64,000 bases of DNA from Octopus sinensis (taxonomy: Eukaryota): the NCBI RefSeq assembly GCF_006345805.1, contig NC_043002.1, forward strand, positions 102,176,001 through 102,240,000, written 5' to 3'. Under the pieces are notes generated by a model, which was not told where the DNA came from, searched no databases, and saw only the letters and a program-made list of their open reading frames with translations. Every line of letters begins with the position of its first letter. Position 1 is the stretch's first letter. Shown here piece after piece: positions 43,916-57,978 of this stretch. The position numbers and the translations under genes were made by a program.

Positions 43916-45026
43916 AGATTAAAAGTGACGTACGTACGAATGGAAACCATTTAAATCTAGTTACGCAAACTAGAAAAATGATCAAATATCTTCCCTTTTA
44001 ATTAAAGATTAAAGATATTTCAGTAACAAATAATAAGAAACAGAGTTTAATTTATCTAATTATTAAATCATTTTCATTTTTGATTCAAAATGAATTACTT
44101 CAAAATTTATTAAAAATAATTTTATCTCAAAATTACACAATCTATACAGCGTAACTTATATGTATGTGTATGAATACATATAAGTTACGCTGTATAGATT
44201 GTGCATACATACATTCACACACACATATATATGCTTGTATACATGTATTTGTGTATATACATATATATATGGAACCACACATTTTATTTTCTATCATATA
44301 TATATATATATATATATATATGCGTATGTTCATATATGTATATATGCATGCATATTACATTATATACCTGCCTACACACACACACACCGCATTGGTTTAG
44401 AAATAATAGAAAACATATTTACATACGTAAAAAAATTATTACGGTTTCTTTTTCAGAAATATTATAGAAATATTTATATTCCGTTTAAATGGAAAGAGTA
44501 AAATTCACAATGCACGATATGCATATGCTCAATTAACCGTTATCTAATTAATAATCCCCTTATCCCTGATCAAAAGAATAATTATAAAAATAACACCAAA
44601 GCAACTGCAGCAGCAGCAACAACGATAACCACAACAACAAACCGCACATGTTATTTTATTTGCTTTGAACATCGTAGTTATATGGAAGCAAGTTGAGTTT
44701 TATTTGTATTTCCACGATGGCAAAGAAACAAAGCTTGTTTAAATAATTTCAATAAAACACCATGTCGTATATGAATGATTAAATATTTTAATTTCTCATT
44801 TTGACGTTTAGAAAATTATTTTGCTTTGTTCATTTGGAACATCAGAGAAACGTTGTCAGAGCGCACATCATGCATATGTTTGTACATATCTATGTATTTA
44901 TTTATATAGGCATATCTTTCTATCTCCCTCTTGCTATCTCTTTCTCTGTATCTACCTATATAGGCATCACACACACACTCTCTCTATTCCTTTCCATACA
45001 CACACACACACACATATATATATATG

Positions 45027-45060
<34 letters not shown>

Positions 45061-45419
45061 TATATAAATTTTGTATGACTCAATTATTCTTTCATTCTTT
45101 CTACCATCCCCTTCGCACTTACTTCGTTCTTTCCACTCTTCTGTCTTTCGTTCCCCCTCTCTCACATTTCATGGCCTTCTCTTCATTCTCACCTTCCCTT
45201 CTCTTTCACTCCATTCTGTCCCTTTACTTTTTCTTCTCGTCCCTCCCTAATTCTTCTATCCCTCTGCCCATACCTCTCTCTTCTCTTTCTACGTGACCGC
45301 TGTTCGGCCAAGCCTGACCTTTCTTGGTTCGACTACCATCCGTGCAACATCTATGTTCCTCCCCATGCCTGTCATCTCTTATGTCCCTGCGTAAGGCTTC
45401 ACTCTCACGCACGTCAGCT

Positions 45420-45735
45420 TCATTTAATTCGTCCTTAGTCGATTGATACCTATTCTTAATATCCTTTATTTGCATTTGTATTTGCGTACCATTTCTCCGT
45501 CCTTGTTTTCACATAATTCGCTGCTTTCCTCCCAGGAATATAGTGCTCTTAGCTTTGTTTTTCCTAAGGGCTGGCTAGATTGGAGCATTTTCGAGTATAA
45601 CCAGCCGAAATTGCAAAGATAATCTGGAACTCGCCTGAAGAAAGAAAACTCCGAATTACCCGTCATTGTTTTGTATTGTGTGTATGGATATTTTGCGTTC
45701 TTGTCCCATTTTTTTGTATTCCTTTATATATATAT
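45420..45735 (-). repeat. Dispersed repeat, related to 61660-62040 (possible retroelement 5'/ORF1 part)
   Basis: Shared GGGCTGG..AGAT.GGAGCA...CAGCCGAAATTGC.AAGAT and GTTCTTGTCCCA blocks. Confidence 0.55.
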
Positions 45736-45764
45736 ATATTTATATATAAAAGAGGATACGTCCC

Positions 45765-46045
45765 GATTATCAGGCGATCCATTTGCTGTCAACACCCGTT
45801 AAAAGGAAGGCTGGGCATGTCGAGGTTGATGATGCGTAGACACGCACTGAGACTGCGACATATCCGGCTCTACGTAGATGACGGTGAACAGGTGTGGTCA
45901 CCGCTTGTGTGGTACGCTTTCCCACAGCTCGTATCCATGACCGAACTGCAGTCGTAGATGAAAAAGAGGCCGCGGAAGGGCGAATTGTAACGCGAGTGTC
46001 GCGTTGCTCTGAAGCGACTATGCCGTCCCGGGTCGACCTTGTGGA
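45765..46045 (+). pseudogene. Isolated internal ORF2 fragment of a Tx1 subfamily-A-like element
   Basis: Aligns with 1-250 (CAACACCCGTTAAAAGGA..); premature stops; no 3' end; no TATC flank. Confidence 0.85.
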
Positions 46046-46079
46046 CTTCGAATCAGCTTTCTCCTTTCTGATTTTGAGA

Positions 46080-46930
46080 ACCTAATTTCTCAAGATTGGT
46101 ATTTAGGTAGTGTGTTACATGTCCAAGGTCCCGAAATAATTATAAGAAGAAACTTGAACTTGTAATCAACTGTACGCTGTTCCTCATCTCAGTCCCAAAT
46201 CATTATATCAGGTCTGTTGTTTTTGCATTTTATTGAAGTTTTCACTGGGTCATTAGAACTGTAATACTTTCTATTATGAGAGGGTGTGGCTTACTGTGAG
46301 ATCCTGTTTCTTTGACCTCGGGGTTATCCTTTCGACGAATCTCATTATACAGTGTCCTAACTACAACGTGATGTATCATCGTTAGATAATATGGTGATGA
46401 TGTTTTCGGATAACTGCTTATGGTGTGGGTGATATCTTCGTTGTTAACACCAAAACGTCTGCATCGGTTATCACATCTTGCTACTTTTTCTGCCTCTCTG
46501 TCTATTCTGTGTATCAGGTTTTTGGTTGATATTTCCTGTTTCTGGATTGCAAACCCACACCCTTCAGAGTGGGAGGTAGTAATCCGGCTATTGGTCCATG
46601 ACAGACTGCTTTGATGATCAATGTTACTATCATCTCATAGCTTTCTACTAACATACCCATGCATAGTCTTCTGCTCATATATGCTCATCTTTTCGTCTGA
46701 CGGTATGTTGCGGTACAGTCGTGTGAATTCTATGGGCATATATTTAAGGTTATCAGACAAGGGACAGCTACTTTTGAGATATGTCGAGTTGCGCATGAGA
46801 AAGTAAGGAGGGATGTCAGGAAGTGCATCGCTGTTGCACTTCCAAATGGCAAAGGTCTTCCTATGATGCGGACATGCAGTGTCCGTGCAAGACCCTGCCT
46901 CAGTAAAGCTGGGCTCAAGAGTCATTTTGT
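46080..46930 (-). mobile_element. Degenerate RLE-type non-LTR retrotransposon C-terminal fragment
   Basis: KTMHGY..SLSWT..FAIQKQEI..CDNRCR..EDITH..IS and NRPDIMIWD on the minus strand. Confidence 0.7.
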
Positions 46931-47662
46931 AGTCATAAGGCGAGACAGATGATTGACAACCACCAGGCCGCTGGTGGTGGTGTTACACACCATACTAATC
47001 ATATCTATGTGGAAGAGAGTGTAATTCAGCGGGAGGACTTAAACGACATGCAGAGGTACATGAAGCCCAGTTACAACTAGAGCGGGCTATTGTTAGTAAA
47101 GGTTTTAGCTGCCAGTTCTGTACAACACATTGTAGTTCTTTAGTTGGGCTAAACATTCACGTTCGATCACAGCACCGTTAACAGTTAAGCCTCGTGCAGG
47201 GGCCATAGTCGATAAAGAGGGGGCAGCCATCATCATGTATGTATGTATACACGAATATCATTGCTTGTTTGTTACTGTATCTTTTGCATTATACATCTGA
47301 ACGTTCATAGTAAACGCGTGTCTATACATATGTATATGTATGTGCGACACTTCGAATTTTCTTGAGTTTACTAAGTACTTGCAATTGTAATTATTTAATA
47401 GCTTGTCCTTTTTCGTTTCATGAAACCCAGCGCATAAAAAATCTATTGATGAATTAATATGTTACGTATGCTCGTTAGATGTACAGATGAAACACTTGTC
47501 AGATATCAACATATTCCTTATAACTACGACATACATGTTTAAAATTTCTGTTTAGAAAACGAGAAAAAATGCTATCTACGGTAATGTGTTTGCAAAACTG
47601 TAGTAAAGTCGAACTGGATGCCTGCCTTATTCCAATCTGCACTACACGGCTCGTTGATTTAC

Positions 47663-47797
47663 CCCATCGGCCGATTTTGCAACAACGCTTGACATATTGA
47701 ATCTCTTAGAATCCACTGTGTTGCCAGTATTCGGACGGTGCTTCAGGCTTGAGGATAAATTCTGGTTTCCCAGCAATGGGCCATGTACTGGCCTTCT
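47663..47797 (-). other. Candidate 135-nt exon
   Basis: Strong acceptor TTTTCTTTTTATCTTTCAG, donor GG|GTAAAT, open in phase 0 (RRPVHGPLLGNQNLSS...). Confidence 0.35.
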
Positions 47798-48553
47798 CTG
47801 AAAGATAAAAAGAAAATATTTATATATTCGTTATACGCAATGGCAGCACTGTATGTTAAACTAGCCATCTCTGTATCACATTTAAGTTAAATATGTCAAG
47901 AAAAAAAAAGAGAACTTATTGCTGTGTGTGTCCGAAGAATGTATCTCTTTGAGAAAGCTCACACATTTCAATAACAGAACGATTTTCATTTGCTACTGAT
48001 ATATTAGTTTGTTTTTACGCACAGCGCATCCATCAAAAATATTTTTTCCGGTGAGTATCGCAGTAAGTTCGCTTTTCTGTGAAATACCTTATATATGATA
48101 CACAAATAGATGTACGTTTGTACTTAATATTACGTTAAAATCAGTTTTGTAACTGACTTTCTTTTCTTGGTTCAAGGCTTCCATAATCTTTTATGCTTAC
48201 ATTTTAGAAAGAGATGAAGAAAGAGAGGTAAAGCAATAAAAAATAAAGTAGGTCAAAGTGCAAACAGATAGTACCGAAAAATATTCCCAAAATGTGAGCC
48301 CTTAAATAACGTCAAAATACGCTATTATCCACAGTTTGATCTGTGACGAATACTACGAAAAACCAAGAGAAGCATTGTCCAAAGTGATAAGAAAACCAAA
48401 GACGAAATCCAATCAATCAAACAATGATCGATCGAAGTGAAAACTACTCGAACAAACTTAGCATAGGCTACAGGATTGCAAACATTGGAAAATGGCAAAT
48501 TACTCTCCTTTGCGAAGATCTGAGATGCTTGCATGCACATTTGCAGTACTCAC

Positions 48554-48620
48554 CTTGTGAAAACATATCAGAGGTGAGGGATCCTTTTAACCGCATCATT
48601 GTCATGTCCCCTTAGACTCT
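48554..48620 (-). other. Candidate 67-nt exon
   Basis: CCTATTTCCAG acceptor and AAG|GTGAGT donor; stops in all frames unless an internal ATG is used. Confidence 0.3.
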
Positions 48621-49506
48621 CTGGAAATAGGATTGTTTCGTTAATATTCAAAATGTTTTAGTATATAGGTATATGTCTCACTTGCACTTTCTGTATAAAG
48701 TACATTTGAGTACAAAGAGAAGCAGTGGTACTTGCATTAAATTATGCATTTTTCATGAAGATTTTAAGCGAGCCCTTAAAAAGCGTTTTGACAATGTTGT
48801 GAATGGGGTAAGCTTGATCTGCAATGTCAGAAGGGGTGTCTGTCTATCAAGGGCTGGTACTACTACTACTACCACTACTGTTGTTACTGCTGCTGCAGCT
48901 GCTTGTTGCTATTATGGTCTTCTATTCTTTTTATCTTCCAGTCTGCGCATTCTTGACTGTATACAATTCACAATTTTATTTCCTCTTTTTCTTTCCTCAT
49001 CTTGAGTTGATACGTAAACAACGAATAAAAAACATCCTTTTCAAAGTTCTTTATCGATACATCCATCTGTTTCGTTGTTTGCAAGAATTCAGAAAAACCG
49101 CCCATTAACCCAGCAGAACATTTTGATTGGTGTACAATGGTTAATATCCTGAAGTCAAAACAACAAAGCAATCCTAAAAAACATTAATGCACACATGCCT
49201 GAAGACGTATGCATGACACATTAAAGGATTCACCTAGGCTCTCTGGATACTCTAAATAATATTTAATAAAATCTTGTGGATTTGATGAGGTGGTCTCTTA
49301 AAAATACATATTATGCTGAAACATATGTAGCAATGCGTTGGTAAAATTGTTAAAATTTGCCCCCGTGAAATATTTCTCGATAATATATATATATTATATA
49401 ATTATCAATAATAAAAGGGTAAAATCAATTAATAATTAATTAATTTCACCAAGTAGTGTTCAGTATGTAAAAGGACCATTCAAGGTATATTCAAAATATT
49501 ACGTTT

Positions 49507-49807
49507 TATAATTAGGGCTCAGTAAAATAATTTACTTTACCACATACTGAAACTTTTAGAAATAGCAGCCAAGAAGTTTTTTTTAGCCATTTCTTCTACT
49601 ATAAGAAAATTCTACCAGATAGTGTTTACTCAAAAATAAATCACGTAGATATGGAGGGAAAAACAACAAAATATCACTCAGATTATTTTTGAGTAAACAC
49701 TATCTGGAAGACTTTTCTTATAGTAGAAGAAATGGCTAAAAAACTTTTTGGCTGCTATTTCTAAAAGTTTCAGTATGTGGTAAAGTAAATGATTTTACTG
49801 AGCCCTG

Positions 49808-49813
<6 letters not shown>
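49507..49813. repeat. ~305-bp palindrome (arms ~130 bp, spacer ~43 bp)
   Basis: 49507-49639 is the reverse complement of 49683-49813 with few mismatches. Confidence 0.92.
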
Positions 49814-49842
<29 letters not shown>

Positions 49843-49845
<3 letters not shown>

Positions 49846-50244
49846 GCGCAGCAGTGGCTGTGTGGTAAGTAGCTTGCTAACCAACTATATGGTCCCGGGT
49901 TCAGTCCCACTGCGTGGCATCTTGGACAGGTGTCTTCTGCTATAGCCTCGGGCCGACAATGCCTTGTGAGTGGATTTGGTTGACGAAAACTGAAAGAAGC
50001 CTGTCGTATATATATATATATGTATGTGTGTGTATGTTTGTGTGTCTGTGTTTGTCCCCCTAGCATTGCTTGACAACCGATGCTGGTGCTTACGTCCCCG
50101 TCACTTAGCGGTTCGGCAAAAAGAGACCGATAGAATAAGTACTAGGCTTACAAAGAATAAGTCTCGGGGTCGATTTGCTCGACTAAAGGCAGTGCTCCAG
50201 CATGGACGCAGTCAAATGACTGAAACAAGTAAAAGAGTAAAGAG

Positions 50245-50245
<1 letters not shown>
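49843..50245 (+). mobile_element. tRNA-derived CORE-type SINE, complete
   Basis: Same family as 27134-27525; internal (TA)(TG) tract; tail CTAAAGGCAGTGCTCCAGCATGG...GAAACAAGTAAAAGAG. Confidence 0.85.
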
Positions 50246-50295
<50 letters not shown>

Positions 50296-53200
50296 TAACT
50301 ATACACACACGCGTTTATATATATATATAGATACGTCACGTACATATGATTATAGAACTGTAACTAATTTCTTCCATAGGGGTTGACTGCTTCGGAAACC
50401 TCGGTGCTGTAAGCTTCTCGCTTTTATTAATACAAGATAACCCAAATCCCATTCGCAATCCCCAATAGGAAACCCAAATCTCAGACTTGTGTCCCACTTC
50501 TTATGGCTGCTTTCTGTTGCAATGCAAAATGGTGTTTATGAGATGTTATGATTATGAATGCAGACATACAGACCAGAGAAACAAAATTATTTGTTAATAT
50601 TCTGCAAGAAAAAAACACATAATTCACACTGTTCATTACTGGTGGTGTGGTATTTAGTGCAGTTGCTAGTTTGAACATCATTCTTATACAAAAGAAATTT
50701 GAATCTGGAATTCGTTGTCGAATATGATTGAGTTCGTAGAATGCTTCTGAGACAACCGAAAAGTGAAAAAATATTCGAAAGCAAGGAATAGCATTTCATG
50801 AAAAATTGTCGAGACAAGGAACAGCAGAGTACGGAATACCTGTTGACAATACTTAACAGACACTTATCACGAGGAGAAAACTGCAATGGTGCATAAATCT
50901 GATGAATTGATATGCTGTTCAATGTTAAGATGGTTTTTAACTTTTAACAAATATTGCATACAAAAACAATAGTGTTTTTTCCCTGCCCTAAATATGAAAG
51001 ATACGTGCCTATCCTTATGGTAATGTCAAAATAACAGAAATACTTTTGGATTCAAGTATGCTATCCTTCAGCGGAAAACTAAAGAAATTAATAGATTATT
51101 AGTATTTGCCAGTTCCTGCAGAAAACGATGTTTAACTATGAATTAATCTGGAATATATTCATCTCAGTATATTTCATCTCGATTTCTTTGAATTTAACAT
51201 TATTAAACAATGTTAAAACTCAGTTTTAACATTATTAAAACTGAGTTTTGGGAACAGTTTTATCGTATTCTTCAAAAGACGTCACTATTCTATGTTTGGG
51301 AAAGGCGAGACGGTGTCAATCTACAGTTTCAATTGCCAGCTGACTGGAAAAGCTTTATCGTTTCTTTTAAATCAATTGAGGTACAATCGTGAGCAGTGGT
51401 CTTTGAACTAATTTCGAAATTTTCTGGGCAAGAGCAATTTAGTAAGTCCATGAATCAAAAACCAAATTCTTTCAGTTGTAGCATCACCTGTCCGAAGAGA
51501 AATATCTAATGCATACAGCATCAAATGTTAACGATTCCGCACCGATTTCTCCCGTTTCATCACTTCCTATGTTTCATACTCAATAGTGTAATGTGACATA
51601 AATAGGCGTGTAAACATCCTACAATACGAAAGAATCTCACTCACAATGACTAAATGGTTCTCCAGTATTACTTTACTAATGTGTTTATAGAAATGTGTAA
51701 GGAGGGGAGTCATTGATTCTCTTCTTATCATGACGAACTGTTATTTAATTTGGTCAATATGATTCATATCTATCTATCTATGTCTGTTTGTCCCCTCTCT
51801 CTATCTATGTTTATAGACACACACATATATACATGAGTATGTGTGTGTGGTGCGTGTATGTTCGCGTGTGTGTGTGTAAAAATGCGTAATATAATATGTG
51901 TGAGCGTGCATATTTGTGTGTGTAAAAACTGATGAAATTTTGATTAAGGATTTGTAACTGAGAGAAAACATGTTGTATAGAGGAAATAAATTGAAACGAT
52001 ACACGAAACAGAAAGAAGGAAATTGTAATTGTATCTCAATTATAAAATAATGTTTATTTCGACATTAAACTGTCTATTTCGGCCCCTATAGGAATCACAC
52101 TGGCATTTTTATAACACTTTCGGACTCACCAAACAGCTTGATATTGTGATAAATCAGGATTGAATCACTTACGACAGTTCCTGTCTGTCAAGGAGACTTG
52201 AAAACCTCCACAGAAACAATCGCGAGATTTCTTTACTTCCATTCCCCTCATTGATTTCAATCCTCACCGGAACAATTATTGTTTCTCGTTTTAGACAAAT
52301 CCCCCCCCTCCCGCCTCTCAATTTCCTCCTTAAACAACTTCTAATTCCCATCTTGGGAGAATAGAAACTTCAGACTTCATCAAGATTTGCATCTACATTT
52401 ATAAAATAACTCGCTTTAAACTAACACTTTAACAATTTAATTACAGATGTCGCTTGTGTGCGTAATGATTACTGAAATAGGCAAACCGACTCAGTTTTGA
52501 TGAGGGAGGAAATCATCGATTAATTTCATCATAATAATCGACTGCTTTTCCGTTGATTGTTTTTTTTCTTTAATCTTATTCAACCGAGGAGAGCGAAAAT
52601 CTACGTTGGATTGTGAACATTGAATAGACACTTCCTAAAATACATCAGATCTTCAGTGCACATGGCTTCTATGTCAACGAACTAATAAGGGGTCCTTTAC
52701 GAGGACTCTTGGACCTGTTGCTAGACAGAGCAGTCAAATTCCGCACAGTTTTTACTGTTTATTGCTATTTAAGAAGTGACTAAGGGAGGCGGGCGAAATT
52801 AGTAAAAGAAACAAAATGAGTAATTACTGACTTTTTTATTTTCTCCCTAGCAGTTTGATATCATAACATTGTAAGTCATTTTGTACTGTTTCATCATATT
52901 TAGGAGTAAAAATTGATCAGAATAGTTGTTGCTGTTGTTGGAGTTGAGAGAGTTTGGTATATGATTAGGTGACCGGCATGTTTTTTTTTTTAAAAACATT
53001 TCCATCATTGAGCTAGCAAATAAAATATCTGGGAAAATTTGTTGAGATTGTTATGATGACTTTAAAGAAGATCTTTCGATTAGCTTATACAGTTTTTGTA
53101 AGGTTGTGAAGATTTACAAAATATGTTTTTTTTTATTTTCTCAGAATCGAAAAGGCAGTAGAAACTTCTCATTTCCCCTATACATGAATAAAGACTTGTA

Positions 53201-53918
53201 CACTCTAAATCAATTGACAAAAGATAGGATGGACAATGTTTAGGGAATTTTGATAGTAGACGAGGGAGTTCGATTAGGTTTAGATTGGAATTAAAGGGGA
53301 TTAATTAATTAAAGGGGAGAAAACGAAAGAGAGTAAAAGCAACATGGATGATGATAACAGGAAAACATTTATTTTGAACCAGCTTTGCCTAAAGAGTATC
53401 AACATTCAGATAATAGTTTGTAGTATTGTTGACAATAATTCTCTAGTTAACGAGGGAACTTCCCTGTGTGCTGTCCATATGCTAGAAAAAGCAATCACAT
53501 CTACCTCTGACAACATACATCCATCTAAACTGCGCCAAAGCCGCATGAGATTTTAAAATAATAAGGCAACCGGGGGCGCCTGGAGGAAATATTTGGCTTA
53601 TAAGTCAGTTCGAGGAGGAATGATCTGGGAAGAGACACCACAACCTCCACCACAACTTACGCCACCTTTCTCAACTCTAATTCATACTGGTATCGAAGAC
53701 ATCTTATTACTTTGTCAATGTCTCTGTTACACTGTTACTCCCTGGTGAGCAGCATATTTTGCTAAAATTATTGGATCTGTAGCTCGTTGTTTTTTTAAAA
53801 TTTCATTTCAGAAATAATTCCAGAGTTGTTTAATTCTTTGATTTTCTTCCTTTTCTGCTCCACTGTCAGTTTGCCCGCCTTTGTCTCTATCACTCTCTGT
53901 CCTTTCCCTATATAAGTA

Positions 53919-53968
<50 letters not shown>

Positions 53969-53969
<1 letters not shown>

Positions 53970-54320
53970 CTCTCTCTATATAACGGCAGTTTGTCTGTGC
54001 TTTTCTGTGTGTCTGTTTCTCGTACCCTCACTCTGACCACGGCTTTCAACCGATTCTGATGAAACTTGACACACACATAGCCCAATGTCATAATTCAAAA
54101 CTAACGCAGCGAAAATTTTGAAAAGTTCCCCCAGTTCTGAAAAAAGATAAATTCGACATGGGGTCGAGAATCAAAACCAAACCACAGACCGTCTAGGGAC
54201 GCAACTCCACCTTTTTAACTCTCAAAAAAAATTTACATCATTTTTTTCCCATTTTTTGCTATTTTTTGGCTATAACTCTCTAAAAATGCTTTATAGTTAG
54301 AGCAACGCCGGGCGATACTA
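53969..54320 (-). mobile_element. Non-autonomous Helitron/Helentron-like element, copy 2
   Basis: Reverse-complement match to 43338-43722 with a short deletion near the 5' end. Confidence 0.6.
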
Positions 54321-54746
54321 TATATATATATATCGCCTATACACGCACAATAACACGCATGTGCGCGCAACGTGCGTGTGAATCATTGCCTCTATGCGGG
54401 CATGTGTGTGTGTGTGTGTGTGTGTGTGCTTGTCTGTCTGTGTGTCAAAGAAGAGAAAGAGAAGGAGCTGAAGGAAGAAAGTGAGAAATAAAGATGTAAG
54501 GATGGTGGGCTCTTTCTGTTTTAGGAAAGATCAGACAAGCATTTGTGATGAGATGCAAACCGTCATCACCAACTCCACTTCGCAATAGCCATATCACGTG
54601 GCATTTACCAGCGAATATAATAAATAATTATATGGATTATGCGACCGCGCTGAGTTCGAATCCTTTGTTGTGATTATTAAAACAAATAGAGTGTTTCTTC
54701 TCTTCTGTTTCTTTCGTGTTTTATTTCTCTTAGATTCTCTTCCATC

Positions 54747-54960
54747 TTGGCAATTACAGAACAATTGCTGATGGTGATTATGACGACGATGACGGTGATA
54801 ACGGCGACAACGACCGTGATGAAAAAGACAACGCTGATGAGGAAGAGGAGGAGGAGGAGGATGGTGATGATGGTAGTGGTGAGAATGATGAGGATTTGGA
54901 GGAATAGGAGGAGGAGGAGTGGTTGTTGGTGATGGTGGTGATAATGATGGTGATGATGAG
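54747..54960. repeat. Mixed trinucleotide low-complexity tract (GAT/GAC/GAG/GGT)
   Basis: Direct reading. Confidence 0.85.
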
Positions 54961-57942
54961 TCGATTCAATTTTCGCAGCGCCGTCCTAGGTTACTCGGCC
55001 AAAAGTACATGCGGATGAAATGACATGGTCAGCTAGATATCTTTAGAGGAATAGAGCAAATGAACGTGTTGACACATGGTGGATGGTGTGTCATGGCTGG
55101 CAGCAGCATTTCTGCATCATAGAAATAGGAGATGTTGCCTCGACACAATCAGCTCGCTAACTGACACCACCGTTAGCTCTTTGTGTACAAGGTCGCATTA
55201 TAATTGACCAGACTCTCCGTACTCTGAGCTCAAATGAAACCGAGGTAGGAAATTGCGCTTCATTCATTTTGCATTAAAGAAAATGTACAAATTAAAGCCA
55301 ATGTTCTAACGGATCGGCGATATTAGTTTCAATTGATTGCGTTTGTTTATATCTCACCATCTTCTCTAGATTCTGAGACTTAACCTGTCTCATTCTTTCA
55401 TGTCATGTATTGTCATCTCAATGGTTGAGCATTAAGTTGCAGTAATCAAGCAATGTCTACAACCTGAGGACATAAGTCTCTCATCTTCCCACCAATCTCG
55501 ATGTTCTTGTAGAATGTGATGGATACCACCTTAAATACTCTCTAAAAATATAACCCTAAAGTTAACAGCAGAACAATATGTACAGATAACCGTTACATGC
55601 AAATTTGCGGCTGTGAATAAATCCATGAATATTTGAGTTAAACAAGCGGTAGGGACCCCTAACGGTAATGTCAGCCAAACAAACGGAGCTCGTTTAAAAT
55701 TCCCATTGAATTTTATGCATATTACATGTAAATGAGGCAGAAAAGCGACGCCTATTTTAACACTCACCCATTATATGTTGATTTATGTCTGAGTAATGAG
55801 GAATGAGCGAACAATGTTAAATGGAGGATATTTTCCATATCATTAAAATTGCAATTCTTTTACGCTACAGCGCAATCAACAGATAAAAAGTATTACAACT
55901 AAGACATGGTCAGGTATATGTATTGCTGTAGGAATATGGACAGGTGCCTGCCCTATATTGTTGCTCAGCTTTTCGATCTCACTTGAAGATTAAAGTGGTG
56001 TGAAATTCAGAACACAAGGCATTTTCCCAGTTCCAATAAAAGCTCTGTGTGTGTAAATATTGTATATATGTAAGTATCTGTATGAATACATACATAAACG
56101 TAAGTTACAGAAAGATTTGCAGTTTGTGGGGTTCGAGGTTAAACTAATCGTTTGTTCATTGTATTCAGTACATTTTTTTTGGGTTTTTGAGTTTTGGCGT
56201 TTTGCCTCCTCTACTCTATTATGAATTGATTGTGTATATTTAAGTAAAATTTCATAAAGCGATGTTATATTGTGCCCTATGAAGGTATTCGCGTTACAAA
56301 ACCGGCACTGAATCATATGAAAAAGTTCAGGACTTCTCATGCTTCTGTCACTTAACTGTAGCTCAGATCAACTGTGCAAGATGTAAAATTAAACTTGCCA
56401 AAACAATTTCAGCAGCAGTTTCTTTTGAAATGTGCATTTAATATCTTCTTTATATCTCATGATTATATGAAAAGTGTATGGTTCAGAGTGATAGCAGAGT
56501 GATGCAGTTCCAAGGACACTAATGCTACTTCATATTGGTATATATTGATCAAGTATATCATAAAGTTAACTTTGGTAAGTTGACCTATGATTAAAGATGT
56601 TTTAACCAAAAGCATCTCGCCTATATTTTAGAGCAAATGCGTACGTAATTACATGATGTATATTTTTTGGTAGAAGCACTATTTCTTAGAGTTATGTAAG
56701 ACAGAAGAACGGTATTCAAAGAAGCCTTAAAGTCAAGTTTAGAGAGGCTGAGCAGCCAAGCTAACTGCTATCCACACACACACACACACACACACACAAA
56801 CATACACATTTAATTCCTGCCTCCTTCTCTCGCGTCATAGTTATATCTCTCCCTGAATATATTCCTTAAAGAAATTCATATTTATCAGAATGTAAGGAAG
56901 ATACAACACACTTAGTCATTTTCTGAAGATTTTGGGTGCAGATATGTACATATCATTTGGTTCGTCTCAAATTTGGGTACTTCTATAAATCTTTATATGC
57001 ATCCGTATTGCCATAGTCTTTTATGTTCCTTTACAAGACTCAACGTGCAGCCACACGCATATTATTTCGTTTCTATTCTCCCGTGTGTGGCCTTTATACA
57101 GAAGCAATCTAAAATCTTCAACTCGGAAGCTGAAAGCACCCTGCATGTCTACTCGCCAAAGCCATACTATGAACTGTGCTAACCTAAACCTTCAGTCCTG
57201 AAGTGTGTGTGTCCGTGTGTCCGTACGTGGGCATGCTTGCGTGCGTGAGTGGGTGTGTGTGTGGTAGTATATTTGTGATTGCGTATACGGTCATATATAT
57301 ATATGGGTTTAGATATTATTGTATGTTGAGGAGGAAGGGGAAAACCTGTATCTCTAACGATAGTGAATATGGCTGCAGATTATCATAAACATGACAAGAT
57401 TTAATAACAAGGGGAAAGAAAGTCTGCGCCGTAAAGCATGAAAAGTGTGTAGGTAAGTGGCGATAACATATTGCCAATTATCTAGCATGTCAACAACAGC
57501 ATCATCAACAATATTTCAACAGGACATTTACGACATTAAGCATTTCGTTTCATGTTGTCGAATGAATGAAGAGATGGCAATGTGATTATCTCTTCGAGTC
57601 TTTGCAGTTGTTAAAGAGTTCTTGTTATGATAAAAGAGAGCCAGTATTTCGGTTCGATGAAAGAGCGCCATTGTTGCCGCCGTAGAGCTGTGATGTTATT
57701 GATAGACCGGGCGTCACTTTGTAACAGTCTCAATGGAAATATCTTTATAATGTAACATTCACAGATGATCTATTGAGGGACCGATTCTGATTTGCTCACC
57801 CACAAAACGTGTACACACTTGCATATATGACAACACACACATACAAACAAAAACATAAACATATCCATACGCAGTGTTATGACATGTATATATATATGTG
57901 TATATGTACATGCGTGCGTGAATGTATATGTGTATATATGTG

Positions 57943-57978
<36 letters not shown>

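Noticed and set aside
49507-49813. Hammerhead motif in the second palindrome
   Set aside because: No CUGANGA...GAAA arrangement found on either strand.
54747-54969. Acidic or basic low-complexity ORFs
   Set aside because: Trinucleotide tract without splice or domain support.
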